The notes: generated from the letters alone by a model not told the origin. Counted from the first letter of the stretch, positions 39,901-49,225 are shown. The stretch: DNA of 64,000 bases from an uncultured delta proteobacterium (GCA_963772835.1 CAVYYZ010000003.1:205222-269221); one strand, 5' to 3'. Made by a program: numbers and translations.

Positions 39901-41987
39901 ACAACAGTGCCGTTACCGGCTATATGATCACGGAAAGCTCCACGAAGCCGTCAGCCGTTGCCACCGGCTGGAGCAGCAGTGCGCCGTCAAGTTTTACCTT
40001 CTCGTCCGCCGGTGTAAAAACCGCCTACGCCTGGGCAAAGGATGCCGCCGGAAACGTGTCCAGCAGCCGATCGGCGACGGTAACGATTACTCAGCCTGAC
40101 GTAACGGTACCTACAGTTACATTCTCTAACCTAGTCGCTAACTCGATCGTCAGCGGGACGGTTTCAGTCACGGCTTCCGCTTTTGACAGTGTCGGAGTGA
40201 GCAGTGTAGAGTTTTATGTAAATAATATGTTGAATGCGTCCACCACCGCTTCCCCCTATACTTTCAACTGGGACACCGTTGCCTTTGCCAATGGTCTCTA
40301 CAGTCTCACCGCCAGAGCCTACGACGCTGCCGGTAATGTAGGCCAATCCGCGTTGGTAACGGTAACCGTAGATAATCCGGTCATACCTGCGGCAACCACG
40401 TTAACCGCCTGGTCCGCCTCAACGGTTCCCGGAATAATTGATTCGGGCCCGGATGCTGCGGTGGAATTGGGAGTTAAATTCCGCTCCGATGTGGATAGTA
40501 CCATCACCGGTGTCCGTTTCTATAAGGCCGGCACCAACACCGGCACCCATACCGGCAATCTGTGGGACAGTACCGGAAAACTTCTTGCCACTGCGACATT
40601 TGCCAACGAAACCGCTTCCGGATGGCAGCAGGTGAACTTCACCACCCCTGTGGCCATTACCGCCAATACGGTCTATGTCGCTTCATATCACTCCAATGCG
40701 GGGCATTACAGCGATGACCAGAACTTCTTTGCCGGCAAGGGGGTTGATAACGGTTCACTCCATCTGCTGGCTGACGGTGTGTCCGGCCCGAGCGGCGTCT
40801 ACATGTACGGAACGGCAAGTAAATTCCCCAACCAGGGGTGGAACAGTTCCAACTACTGGGTCGATGTGGTCTGCAGCACTCCGGCCACCGGCACCATAGC
40901 ACAGCCTGACGTAACCGCCCCGACGCTGAGCAGCTTCACCCTTCCATCGACAGCAACATCGCTGACCGTCCCGGTTTCCGGCCTGAGCGCAAGCGACAAC
41001 AGTGCCGTCACCGGCTATATGATCACGGAAAGTTCCACGAAGCCGTCAGCCGGTGCCACCGGCTGGAGCAGCAGTGCGCCCAGCAGCTTCACCTTCTCGT
41101 CTGCCGGCGTAAAAACCGCCTACGCCTGGGCAAAGGATGCCGCCGGAAACGTGTCCAACAGCAGCTCAGCCTCGGTCACCATAACACTGCCTGACACAAT
41201 TGCCCCGACGCTGAGCAGTTTCATTCTACCGGCGACCGCAACATCGCTGACCGTACCGGTTTCCGGCTTTAGCGCAAGCGACAACAGTGCCGTCACCGGC
41301 TATATGATCACGGAAAGTTCCACGAAGCCGTCAGCCGGTGCCACCGGCTGGAGCAGCAGTGCGCCCAGCAGCTTCACCTTCTCGTCTGCCGGCGTAAAAA
41401 CCGCCTACGCCTGGGCAAAGGATGCCGCCGGAAACGTGTCCAACAGCAGCTCGGCCTCGGTTACGATAACAGTTGCCAGCCCGGTCATACCTGCGGCAAC
41501 CACGTTAACCGCCTGGTCCGCCTCGACGGTTCCCGGAATAATTGATTCGGGCCCGGATGCTGCGGTGGAATTGGGAGTAAAATTCCGCTCCGACTCCGCC
41601 GGCTACATCACCGGTGTCCGCTTCTATAAGGCCGGCACCAACACCGGCACCCATACCGGCAATCTGTGGGACAGCACCGGAAAACTTCTTGCCACGGCAA
41701 CATTTGCCAACGAAACAGCCTCCGGCTGGCAGCAGGTGAACTTCACCACTCCTGTGGCCATTGCCGCCAATACGGTCTATGTTGCTTCATATCATTCCAA
41801 TGCAGGACATTACAGCGATGACCAGAACTTCTTTGCCGGCAAGGGGGTTGATAACGGTTCACTTCATCTGCTGGCTGACGGTGTATCCGGCCCGAGCGGC
41901 GTCTACATGTACGGAACGGCAAGTAAATTTCCCAGCCAGGGGTGGAACAGCTCCAACTACTGGGTCGATGTGGTCTTTAATAAATAG
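36972..41987 (+). CDS. MshEN x3 - signal/TM helix - FN3 - Big_7-like Ig x3 - 95-aa Ig-like x6 - DUF4082 x3 surface protein
   Basis: Six 24-aa (R/K/L)(L/I)GxxLxxxGx(I/V/M/L)xxxxLxxxLxxQ-like motifs in three pairs with 5-aa linkers (aa 8-195); hydrophobic helix aa 196-217; then Ser/Thr-rich repeat modules. Confidence 0.88.
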   Translation: MKQLIKRKIGRILLDGGFMSNRELDRALVEQTHTKELLGHVLVRMGVVKERDFKVPLILQRHLNDIEDAVKIAAGERELLGMLLVHSGHITKEQLDQAIAEQKKSGQRLGEVFIRLGMLQERQLTGLLDFQSKQQEHTRNPLRLGELLVATGHISRKQLNDAILKQSITHKKLGEILVDEGYVRPSLVKYGICMQKMLVGSVLAGIISLGGASRGFASSVVLQWDPSTGTEVTGYKVYTSPGSTPLTGSVPMDVQAQTTTTISGLDPTQSHQFAVTAYNVSGSESAFSNVVSIPEQSAPTVSISSPSGSINVSGTVLISVNASDNVGVSKVEFYVNGVLKATDTATPYVYSWDTTTLAPGAYTLMAKAYDAAGNIGQSATSTVTVVNDVTPPTVAVTSPVNNAIVSGTVIINSSASDNVGVSKVEFYANGVFLYASNVSPYSFSWDTKGVANGTYTLYAKAYDNVGNSVQSSFVTVTVNNSIVTDTIAPTLSSFILPATSTSLTVPVSGFSASDNSAVTGYMITESSTKPSAVATGWSSSAPSSFTFSSAGVKTAYAWAKDAAGNVSNSSSASVTITVASPVIPAATTLTAWSASTVPGIIDSGPDAAVELGVKFRSDVDSTITGVRFYKAGTNTGTHTGNLWDSTGKLLATATFANETASGWQQVNFTTPVAITANTVYVASYHSNAGHYSDDQNFFAGKGVDNGSLHLLADGVSGPSGVYMYGTASKFPNQGWNSSNYWVDVVCSTPATGTIAQPDVTAPTLSSFTLPSTATSLTVPVSGLSASDNSAVTGYMITESSTKPSAGATGWSSSAPSSFTFSSAGVKTAYAWAKDAAGNVSNSSSASVTITLPDTIAPTLSSFTLPATSTSLTVPVSGFSASDNSAVTGYMITESSTKPSAGATGWSSSAPSSFTFSSAGVKTAYAWAKDAAGNVSNSSSASVTITLPDTIAPTLSSFTLPATSTSLTVPVSGFSASDNSAVTGYMITESSTKPSAVATGWSSSAPSSFTFSSAGVKTAYAWAKDAAGNVSSSRSATVTITQPDVTVPTVTFSNLVANSIVSGTVSVTASAFDSVGVSSVEFYVNNMLNASTTASPYTFNWDTVAFANGLYSLTARAYDAAGNVGQSALVTVTVDNPVIPAATTLTAWSASTVPGIIDSGPDAAVELGVKFRSDVDSTITGVRFYKAGTNTGTHTGNLWDSTGKLLATATFANETASGWQQVNFTTPVAITANTVYVASYHSNAGHYSDDQNFFAGKGVDNGSLHLLADGVSGPSGVYMYGTASKFPNQGWNSSNYWVDVVCSTPATGTIAQPDVTAPTLSSFTLPSTATSLTVPVSGLSASDNSAVTGYMITESSTKPSAGATGWSSSAPSSFTFSSAGVKTAYAWAKDAAGNVSNSSSASVTITLPDTIAPTLSSFILPATATSLTVPVSGFSASDNSAVTGYMITESSTKPSAGATGWSSSAPSSFTFSSAGVKTAYAWAKDAAGNVSNSSSASVTITVASPVIPAATTLTAWSASTVPGIIDSGPDAAVELGVKFRSDSAGYITGVRFYKAGTNTGTHTGNLWDSTGKLLATATFANETASGWQQVNFTTPVAIAANTVYVASYHSNAGHYSDDQNFFAGKGVDNGSLHLLADGVSGPSGVYMYGTASKFPSQGWNSSNYWVDVVFNK
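38712..41975 (+). repeat. Intragenic near-identical DNA repeats (about 776-bp duplication at 1665-bp offset, plus 285-bp tandem units)
   Basis: 38712-39487 matches 40377-41152 (the shadow ORFs at 38773/40438 and 39010/40675 are identical). 285-bp units start near 39240, 39525, 39810, 40905 and 41190; a third DUF4082 copy begins near 41481. Confidence 0.92.
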
Positions 41988-42113
41988 AATAATCTAGTTA
42001 TTAATCTCTAAAAAATAGCGTTAACTTGATAAATTATTTTAAGATGGTAGACTCAGACCGTTATGAATTAGTAATAACCGGTTCATGAATCTCATGAATA
42101 AACGGAATCTACC

Positions 42114-43307
42114 ATGCCGGAAAAAATGACGGGCTCATCTCTGACTGAACAGGATTACATTCTCCGCGCGAAGCAGGAGTGGGAGCATACTTTTGATGCA
42201 GTGTCAGATCTGATTTTTATAGTAGATAACGACCACTCCATTGTTCGTGCCAATCGTTCAATGGTTGATCGAATGAGTTGTACATATAAAGATATCGTGG
42301 GACGTAAATGTTTTGAAGTAATGCATGACACACATTCAGCTCCAGCCTATTGCCCGCACGCCAGACTCTTGGAAAGCGGAGAACCTCAAACAGCAGAGTA
42401 TACAGTCGAAAAATTCCACGGAATTTTTGAAGTTACCATGTCTCCGATGTTTAATCATGAGGACCGGTTAACCGCTTGTGTTCATGTCGCCCGGGATATC
42501 ACGGAGAAAAAACAGCATGAAGAATTACTGGCGGTGCAAAAAAAACAACTTGATGAGATAAACCGCTCTCTTGAATCCCGCATTGAATCCGCTGTTTCCG
42601 AACTGCGCAATAAAGACGACCTCCTTATACAGGAAAGCCGTTTGACATCCATGGGTGAAATGATCAGCAACATTGCCCATCAGTGGCGTCAACCCCTCAA
42701 CAATATCGGACTGATAGTTCAGGGATTGCAGCTTGCTATAAAATCAAACGAGCTCACTGTACAGGAACTGGATGATGATATTGCCGAAACCATGAACAAC
42801 CTCCAGCAGATTTCTGAGACCATTGACGATTTTCGCAACTTTTTCAGTTACGAGGAAGATGCAAAAACAATGATGATCAACGAAATCATGTCCCGCCTGC
42901 TTTCATTCATAGAGCCATCGCTGAAAAGAATAGGGATAAGTGTGGAACTGGAAAATGAACCTGAGGTAACTGCAGAGGGTTATCCAAACGAATACATGCA
43001 GGCTGTTCTCAATATCATGCTGAATGCAAGAGATGTGATGCTGGATAATCAAGTGGAACAGCCGCTGATACATGTCCGTATTTTTCAGGAAAACGGTCAT
43101 TCGGTCGTAACTGTTTGTGATAACGGAGGCGGCATTAATGAAGATGTCCTTCCGAAAATATTTGATCCCTATTTCACAACCAAGGAACAGAAGACTGGAT
43201 CAGGTATCGGCCTGTATATGGCCAAAATGATAGTTGAAAAGAAAATGCACGGCAGTCTGACCGCACGCAACGTGAACGGCGGGGCCGAGTTCAGGATCGA
43301 GGTGTAG
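42114..43307 (+). CDS. PAS-domain sensor histidine kinase
   Basis: PAS with GRKCFEV..CP; H-box IAHQWRQPL; DNGGGI, IFDPYFTTK and GSGIGL motifs. Confidence 0.92.
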   Translation: MPEKMTGSSLTEQDYILRAKQEWEHTFDAVSDLIFIVDNDHSIVRANRSMVDRMSCTYKDIVGRKCFEVMHDTHSAPAYCPHARLLESGEPQTAEYTVEKFHGIFEVTMSPMFNHEDRLTACVHVARDITEKKQHEELLAVQKKQLDEINRSLESRIESAVSELRNKDDLLIQESRLTSMGEMISNIAHQWRQPLNNIGLIVQGLQLAIKSNELTVQELDDDIAETMNNLQQISETIDDFRNFFSYEEDAKTMMINEIMSRLLSFIEPSLKRIGISVELENEPEVTAEGYPNEYMQAVLNIMLNARDVMLDNQVEQPLIHVRIFQENGHSVVTVCDNGGGINEDVLPKIFDPYFTTKEQKTGSGIGLYMAKMIVEKKMHGSLTARNVNGGAEFRIEV

Positions 43308-43452
43308 CCTAATGAATCCGCGATTATTCATTCTTTTGGCACCCGGGGTTTTGCAATAACAACGTCACAAATTGTCACCGTGCATTGCAGCGGATAGGTA
43401 ATGTTCGGGTACTGCCACTTTCGGCTTGAATGACAGTATGAGGTCCGCCACT

Positions 43453-46038
43453 ATGACAGATACACTCATCGGATCAGAGCAGGAACTCCGCCAAAGAGCC
43501 GAGGAAAAGCTCAACGCACGCGCAGACAAATTTGTGGAACCGCATTCACGTGAGAAAACAGAAGAATTCATCCATGAATTGCGGGTGCACCAGATTGAAC
43601 TGGAGATGCAGAACGAGGATTTGCGGCGTGCCCAGAACGAAATAGCTTCTGTTTCGGCCCTTTACTTCGATCTGTATGATCTGGCACCGGTCGGTTTTCT
43701 GACATTCAACAAAAACGGATTGATCCAGAAGGCAAACCTTGCCGCAGCAACCATGCTCGGTGTAGTACGAATGGTTTTGATCAAAAATCTGATGTCCCGC
43801 TTCATCTTTCCCATAGACGAGGAAATATACACACGGCACCGCAATCTGGTTATTGAAACCGGAGATGTTCAATCCTGGGATATGCGCCTGATACGTGCCG
43901 ATGGCACACCTTTCTGGGTGCATATGCAGGCCTCTCCAGCAAAAAACGGCGAATATCTGGTTACCTTCAACGATATTACCGATCAAAAACTTCAAGAGGA
44001 GGTCCTGCAGTCGCGACTCAGAATAAGTGATTACGTACACAACCACACACTTGACGAGCTATTGGAAAAAGTTCTGGACGAAGCAGAAAATCTGAGCGGC
44101 AGTCAGATCAGTTTTTTTCATTTTGTCGATTCTGATCAGGTGACACTTACTCTGCAGACATGGTCGGTCAATACACTGGCAATCTTATGTACATCTGAAG
44201 GTAAGGGTCGTCATTACCCGCTCAGTAGTGCCGGGGTGTGGGCCGACTGTATCCGTGAAAAACGCCCGGTGATCCACAATAACTATGAGGCTCTGCCCAA
44301 TCGCAAGGGATTGCCGCCGGGACATGCTCCGGTACAGAGGGAACTTGTTGTGCCTATTTCCCGTAACGACCTGATTGTCGCGGTGATTGGAGTAGGAAAC
44401 AAAACAACCGATTACACCGAACAGGACTTGGTAACCGTCCAGAATCTGGCAAATCTGGCCTGGGATATTGTTAAACGCAAACGCGCGGAAGAATCTCTGC
44501 GATCCACAGAAAAAAAGTTCAGCTGGTTATTCGAAAGCATGACGGATGCCTATGTGAGTGTTGATTTGGAAGGGCTGATCGTCGAATCAAACGCCGCATT
44601 TCAAAATATGACCGGATATAGTCCGGAAGAGTTGCAGTCACTTACCTATATGCAGTTGACACCCGATACATGGCATACATATGAAGCAGAAATCATTGAG
44701 CGGCAGGTCTTGGCACGAGGTAATTCAGATGTTTACGAAAAAGAATACAAAAGAAGAGACGGCAGCATAATCGATGTGGAATTGAAGACGTATCTTTTAA
44801 CAGATGATGACGGCAAACCGGCTGGTATGTGGGCCATTATTCGTGACATTACCGATCGTAAACGGAAAGAAAAGGAGTTTTTGAAGGCCAAGGAGGCTGC
44901 CGAAGCCGCTAACATTGCCAAGTCCGATTTTTTGGCTACCATAAGCCACGAGATACGTACTCCGCTGAGTGCCATGCTGGGGAATATTGATCTGTTGGAG
45001 AATTCTTCTCCTGCACCGCAACAGCAGGAATATCTGAAAGACTGCAAGTTTGCTTCGCAGATGCTGCTTCAGGTCATAAATGATGTCCTCGATTTTTCAA
45101 AAATTGAGGCAGGCAAACTTGAACTGGTCTATGAAACGTTTTCCATAACTGCACTCAGCACTCAATTGGCAAGAATATTCAAAGCAAGTGCCCTCCAAAA
45201 GGGGCTTGAACTCACCGTTTCACTTGCAGATGATCTCCCTGAATATATATACAGCGATCTGAAACGGTTACGTCAAATTATCTCTAATTTGATCAATAAC
45301 GCCATTAAGTTCACTAATTTTGGCTCTGTTTCCCTGAAAATTGTTCGTGATCAAGAGGCCATACTGGGCCAGGATAAGGCCGTTCTTCGAATTGAAATTA
45401 GCGATACCGGTATAGGCATTTCTCCAGAAAATCAAGTTTGTATATTCGAAAGTTTTACCCAGATTGAAAGATTCAGCACCCGCAGCGTGACAGGAACCGG
45501 ATTGGGCCTTGCCATTTGTCGGCGTCTGCTGGCTTTGATGGGAGGCAGTATTTCAATTTCAAGTATCCCGGACATGGGTTCTACCTTTACTGTTGTACTC
45601 CCGGTTACCGTAGTCAAGGCTCAGGCTCAGGCTCAGGCTCAGGCTCTAATCCTGACCTCTCCCCGAAAAATATTACTTGCCGATGATGATGGACGGGGGA
45701 GGACAGTTGCGCAAAAACTGCTTCAACGCCGGGGATATCAGGTGACAGCGGTAGAAAACGGAACCGACCTGCTTGATGCATTGCAGAACGAGGATTTCGA
45801 TCTTGTAATAACTGACATTTCTATGCCGGACATGGAAGGCACCAGGGTAGCCCAGATTATCCGTTCAGGAGAAAGGGAGGGGATCAATAAACATATCCCG
45901 ATAATAGCAATGACTGCCCATGCTTTTTCGGATGACCGTACGCGTTTTCTATCTGCAGGTATCAACGGCTATGTAGCGAAACCGGTCAACCTTGACGATT
46001 TGTTCCGGCAGATAGAAGAACTGTGCAAAGACGGGTAA
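43453..46038 (+). CDS. Hybrid sensor histidine kinase (PAS-GAF-PAS-HisKA-HATPase-REC)
   Basis: SHEIRTPL, NAIKFT, DTGIGI and GTGLGL; receiver LLADDD..TDISMP..KP. Confidence 0.93.
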   Translation: MTDTLIGSEQELRQRAEEKLNARADKFVEPHSREKTEEFIHELRVHQIELEMQNEDLRRAQNEIASVSALYFDLYDLAPVGFLTFNKNGLIQKANLAAATMLGVVRMVLIKNLMSRFIFPIDEEIYTRHRNLVIETGDVQSWDMRLIRADGTPFWVHMQASPAKNGEYLVTFNDITDQKLQEEVLQSRLRISDYVHNHTLDELLEKVLDEAENLSGSQISFFHFVDSDQVTLTLQTWSVNTLAILCTSEGKGRHYPLSSAGVWADCIREKRPVIHNNYEALPNRKGLPPGHAPVQRELVVPISRNDLIVAVIGVGNKTTDYTEQDLVTVQNLANLAWDIVKRKRAEESLRSTEKKFSWLFESMTDAYVSVDLEGLIVESNAAFQNMTGYSPEELQSLTYMQLTPDTWHTYEAEIIERQVLARGNSDVYEKEYKRRDGSIIDVELKTYLLTDDDGKPAGMWAIIRDITDRKRKEKEFLKAKEAAEAANIAKSDFLATISHEIRTPLSAMLGNIDLLENSSPAPQQQEYLKDCKFASQMLLQVINDVLDFSKIEAGKLELVYETFSITALSTQLARIFKASALQKGLELTVSLADDLPEYIYSDLKRLRQIISNLINNAIKFTNFGSVSLKIVRDQEAILGQDKAVLRIEISDTGIGISPENQVCIFESFTQIERFSTRSVTGTGLGLAICRRLLALMGGSISISSIPDMGSTFTVVLPVTVVKAQAQAQAQALILTSPRKILLADDDGRGRTVAQKLLQRRGYQVTAVENGTDLLDALQNEDFDLVITDISMPDMEGTRVAQIIRSGEREGINKHIPIIAMTAHAFSDDRTRFLSAGINGYVAKPVNLDDLFRQIEELCKDG
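45617..45646 (+). repeat. (AGGCTC)5 hexamer microsatellite encoding an AQ linker
   Basis: Five perfect copies between the HATPase and receiver domains. Confidence 0.9.
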
Positions 46039-46407
46039 GGATAAGTGATTTTTTATGATCCGATTCAGTTGTGATATTCAGGCCAAATCCCTCTCAATTG
46101 ATAATGATTAAACTGGAGGCCTTGTCGGCTCTTTCATCCGGAAACCTGCTGAGACCACCGATACAGAATATTCAATGTTACATATCGGGCATCAGGTAAA
46201 AAAACTACCCTTCTGTAACCTCCCGCTATCAGCCATATATCTTCCTGAACATTAAATAATTACCCCGAAATACAAAAAACCTTATTACGGCTCAAATTTT
46301 GATTAATGTAACTGTCCGTAATCATGGTTTAATTATAATAAATATCTTGGCATGTCTTGTGTAATACACCACTAGATTAAATAATTGATCTGATGGGGGA
46401 GGTGTGC

Positions 46408-46734
46408 ATGGCTATTCACATATCAGGCACAGAGGCGTATTTGGATGGTGACTGGACGATCTCCGGAGTAACCCGGAATCTGGAATCACTGTCACTTTCT
46501 TTACAGCAGATACAGCATGGAAGTGAAAAAAAACTCCGGATTGACTGCGGACAGATGAAAGAAACGGACATAAGCGGGCTGCAGCTTCTAAATGTGTGGA
46601 TGCAGTGTGCCCGATTCCGGGGAGTGGAACCATCACTCGTCAATGTACCCGAAAGACTGCAACACGTGATGCAGGTTCTTGTCGAGCCATGCGTGTATGA
46701 TACATGCCCAGATGCCGCTATGCTTGCCGGGTAA
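46408..46734 (+). CDS. Stand-alone STAS domain protein
   Basis: GGAGG RBS; L.GDWTI..IDCG....D(I)SGLQLL STAS loop. Confidence 0.8.
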   Translation: MAIHISGTEAYLDGDWTISGVTRNLESLSLSLQQIQHGSEKKLRIDCGQMKETDISGLQLLNVWMQCARFRGVEPSLVNVPERLQHVMQVLVEPCVYDTCPDAAMLAG

Positions 46735-46777
46735 TATCCGCTCTCGAATCCGCTCGTAAGGGCTCGTAAGGAGTTCT

Positions 46778-47416
46778 ATGAACAGACAAAGTAAAAAGAT
46801 TCGTACAGGCAGATATTATCTACCGCTTACCGCCGTTCTGTTCGGGATGCATTTTACGTCCGCAGTCGCCACGACACGAGGGTCTGCCGGAATGACTCCG
46901 GGAGAACAGGCTGCGGTAAAACTTCGTGCGTTACAACGTCCAGACGGCTTTGATGTCATACACGAACAACGGGTACGATTTGCTGCGGACCATGGAGTGG
47001 CTGATCCGGCAGCGCTTGTCGCAGCGGTCATGCATAGTCCAATGGCTCACCTGCTGATAAGCGTTGCCATTGAAGAAAGCCGGGGTGATCCTGTTGCTGT
47101 TGGTTCGTCAGGAGAGCAGGGGGCCTGGCAGGTGAAATCATCCAGTTGGGGTTCAGTGCCGCTGGACATACATGGTCAGGCAGGGCAGGCCGAAAGGATC
47201 CTTACTGCACTTTTAAGCCGCACCAACGGGAACAAGATTCAGGCTCTGGCGCGATATAACGGCGGGTCAACACCACCGGGCAGGAGTTACCGCTATGCGG
47301 AACGAATACTGAAACGGGCCGGTCATCTGCAGGTTGTCGTCAGTTATCTCCCACCGAAATCGACTCCATTACGGCAGACTCTGCTGGATGATCCGGTGAA
47401 TAGATGGATTTTATGA
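46778..47416 (+). CDS. Lytic transglycosylase (SLT)-like exported protein
   Basis: VAIEES.GDP.AV, GAWQV and ALARYNGG match SLT motifs I-III; N-terminal hydrophobic segment. Confidence 0.72.
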   Translation: MNRQSKKIRTGRYYLPLTAVLFGMHFTSAVATTRGSAGMTPGEQAAVKLRALQRPDGFDVIHEQRVRFAADHGVADPAALVAAVMHSPMAHLLISVAIEESRGDPVAVGSSGEQGAWQVKSSSWGSVPLDIHGQAGQAERILTALLSRTNGNKIQALARYNGGSTPPGRSYRYAERILKRAGHLQVVVSYLPPKSTPLRQTLLDDPVNRWIL

Positions 47417-47706
47417 TTTTTATGTACACACAGAGGACGTTTGTATGGATTCTCCTGGATCTCAAAAATGTAACAAACAGTACAGTCGACAAATAAATTA
47501 ACACGCTTGAAAAGTGAAGGTTTTAAACCAGTTATCCGCATATTTCTCCAGTGGTTCCTCCATTCAGACGATATCCTGTACCGCCATCACATGCTGACAT
47601 ATTTATAACTATCAGATATTAAACGTAAATTATTGCTATTTTTTTGGCACAAGACGTGAATTTGTATTGATATGGCTGAGCATTCATGATCGAAACGGAG
47701 GCATAT

Positions 47707-48027
47707 ATGAGTGTTCGTATGGCAGGCACAGTGGCTCATCTGGAGGGTGACTGGACGATGAACGGAGTGGCAGACAACATTGAATCCATGGTTCACTCCC
47801 TTAACCAGATTGAATCAGAGGGGAAAAGATGTTTCTGGATTAACTGCGGTCAGATTGAAGAAACTGATACAAGCGGCTTGCAGTTACTGAACGTCTGGGT
47901 GGAGTGTGCCAGACTCCGTGGCATTGAACCGAAACTGGTGAATGTGACTGACGGCATGCTGCGATCGATAAATGAGTTTGGCTTCAGCCATCTTTTTTTC
48001 GATATTTATCCAGATGTTCCATGCTAA
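47707..48027 (+). CDS. Stand-alone STAS domain protein (paralog of 46408)
   Basis: AHLEGDWT..INCGQIEETDTSGLQLLNVW.ECAR.RG.EP.LVNV aligns with the first copy. Confidence 0.8.
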   Translation: MSVRMAGTVAHLEGDWTMNGVADNIESMVHSLNQIESEGKRCFWINCGQIEETDTSGLQLLNVWVECARLRGIEPKLVNVTDGMLRSINEFGFSHLFFDIYPDVPC

Positions 48028-48217
48028 TACCTAAACCTTTGGATCAATCTTTATAGAGGAGATTACCACATGAAACTTCCCGAGATTCTGGAATGTACGA
48101 AACAGAGGAAAAAAGAGACCCGCATGAAAATCGATAAAATGAAAGAAATAGCCAGACAACGAAACCATGACAGACAGGGAAATGAAATGCATAAATCCCT
48201 GACGGAGAAATTCTATT

Positions 48218-49225
48218 ATGATGCATATACCTGCGGGAAATAAAGATCACTACCAAACACGCTTCAAACTGCAGTCAGAAAAATATTTTGCCCTTTCCGG
48301 TGATGGAGGTGGCTCTGCAGATCATGATGACATGCAGGCTGTCGGTACCGCCGTAGAAAGTCTGCTTACATATTCCGGATTCAAGACGCGCGCCCGTCGA
48401 AACTGCGTCGACTACCGGTTGGAGAAAAACGAAGTCTATCTGCCGGATTTGCCCGCCGCCTTCGACGGATATACGATTCTGCATCTTTCCGACCTGCATG
48501 CTGACGGACTCGTGGATGAAGGGGAGGGTATTGTACGCATTGTAGAAAACGTGCCGTGCGATCTCGCTGTTCTGACCGGTGATTTCAGTTTAGATAACAG
48601 TATGTATTATGAACCCTGTCTTGATTCCCTCACGCCGATTATCAGTTCCATTTCGGCTCTGAATGGCACCTTCGGCATTCTGGGTAATCACGATATTCTG
48701 GAAATGGTACCTTTACTGGAAGAGATGGGCGTACGGATGCTTCTGAATGATGCAGTCCAGTTGCAGCGTGGCTCCTCAAAAATTGTACTGGCCGGAGTTG
48801 ATGATCCGCATTTTTATAAATGTCATGATCTGAAAAAAGCTCTTTCAGCGGTGACTCCTGAACAGGTTGTAATTCTGCTGTCACATTCACCGGAAATTGC
48901 TCCGGAAGCGTCCCGGAACGGAGTTGATTTATACCTGTGTGGACACACGCATGGTGGACAAATCTGTCTGCCGGGCAGAATCCCGCTGTTTGCCAATACG
49001 TCATGCAGTCGGAGCTATCTGTCGGGACGCTGGAATTGTGGTGCCATGCAGGGATACACCAGCAGAGGAAGCGGATTTTCTCTTGCTGCGGCACGTATAT
49101 TCTGCCCTCCGGAGATCACTCTGCATACCCTTCACTGCGGAAGTGCTCCATGTGAATTTTACGACGCTATAGAAGAAAATGTCGGACGATGGTTCAAAGC
49201 TACGGGGCATGCTGTTTTTGCATAA
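48218..49225 (+). CDS. Calcineurin-like metallophosphoesterase (YkuE-like)
   Basis: SDLH, TGD, GNHD, LSH and GHTHGGQ motifs. Confidence 0.9.
   Translation: MMHIPAGNKDHYQTRFKLQSEKYFALSGDGGGSADHDDMQAVGTAVESLLTYSGFKTRARRNCVDYRLEKNEVYLPDLPAAFDGYTILHLSDLHADGLVDEGEGIVRIVENVPCDLAVLTGDFSLDNSMYYEPCLDSLTPIISSISALNGTFGILGNHDILEMVPLLEEMGVRMLLNDAVQLQRGSSKIVLAGVDDPHFYKCHDLKKALSAVTPEQVVILLSHSPEIAPEASRNGVDLYLCGHTHGGQICLPGRIPLFANTSCSRSYLSGRWNCGAMQGYTSRGSGFSLAAARIFCPPEITLHTLHCGSAPCEFYDAIEENVGRWFKATGHAVFA

Noticed and set aside
38424..41975. Repeats as a CRISPR array or a diversity-generating retroelement TR/VR pair
   Set aside because: Units are 285 bp or longer, in frame and protein-coding, with no spacers. 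Differences are not adenine-specific, and there is no reverse transcriptase or cas gene in the window.
48070..48243. Short Lys-rich ORF with an RBS (MKLPEIL..MKIDKMKEIARQRN)
   Set aside because: Under 60 aa, overlaps the next gene and only faintly resembles small Geobacter proteins; cannot be supported without a search.
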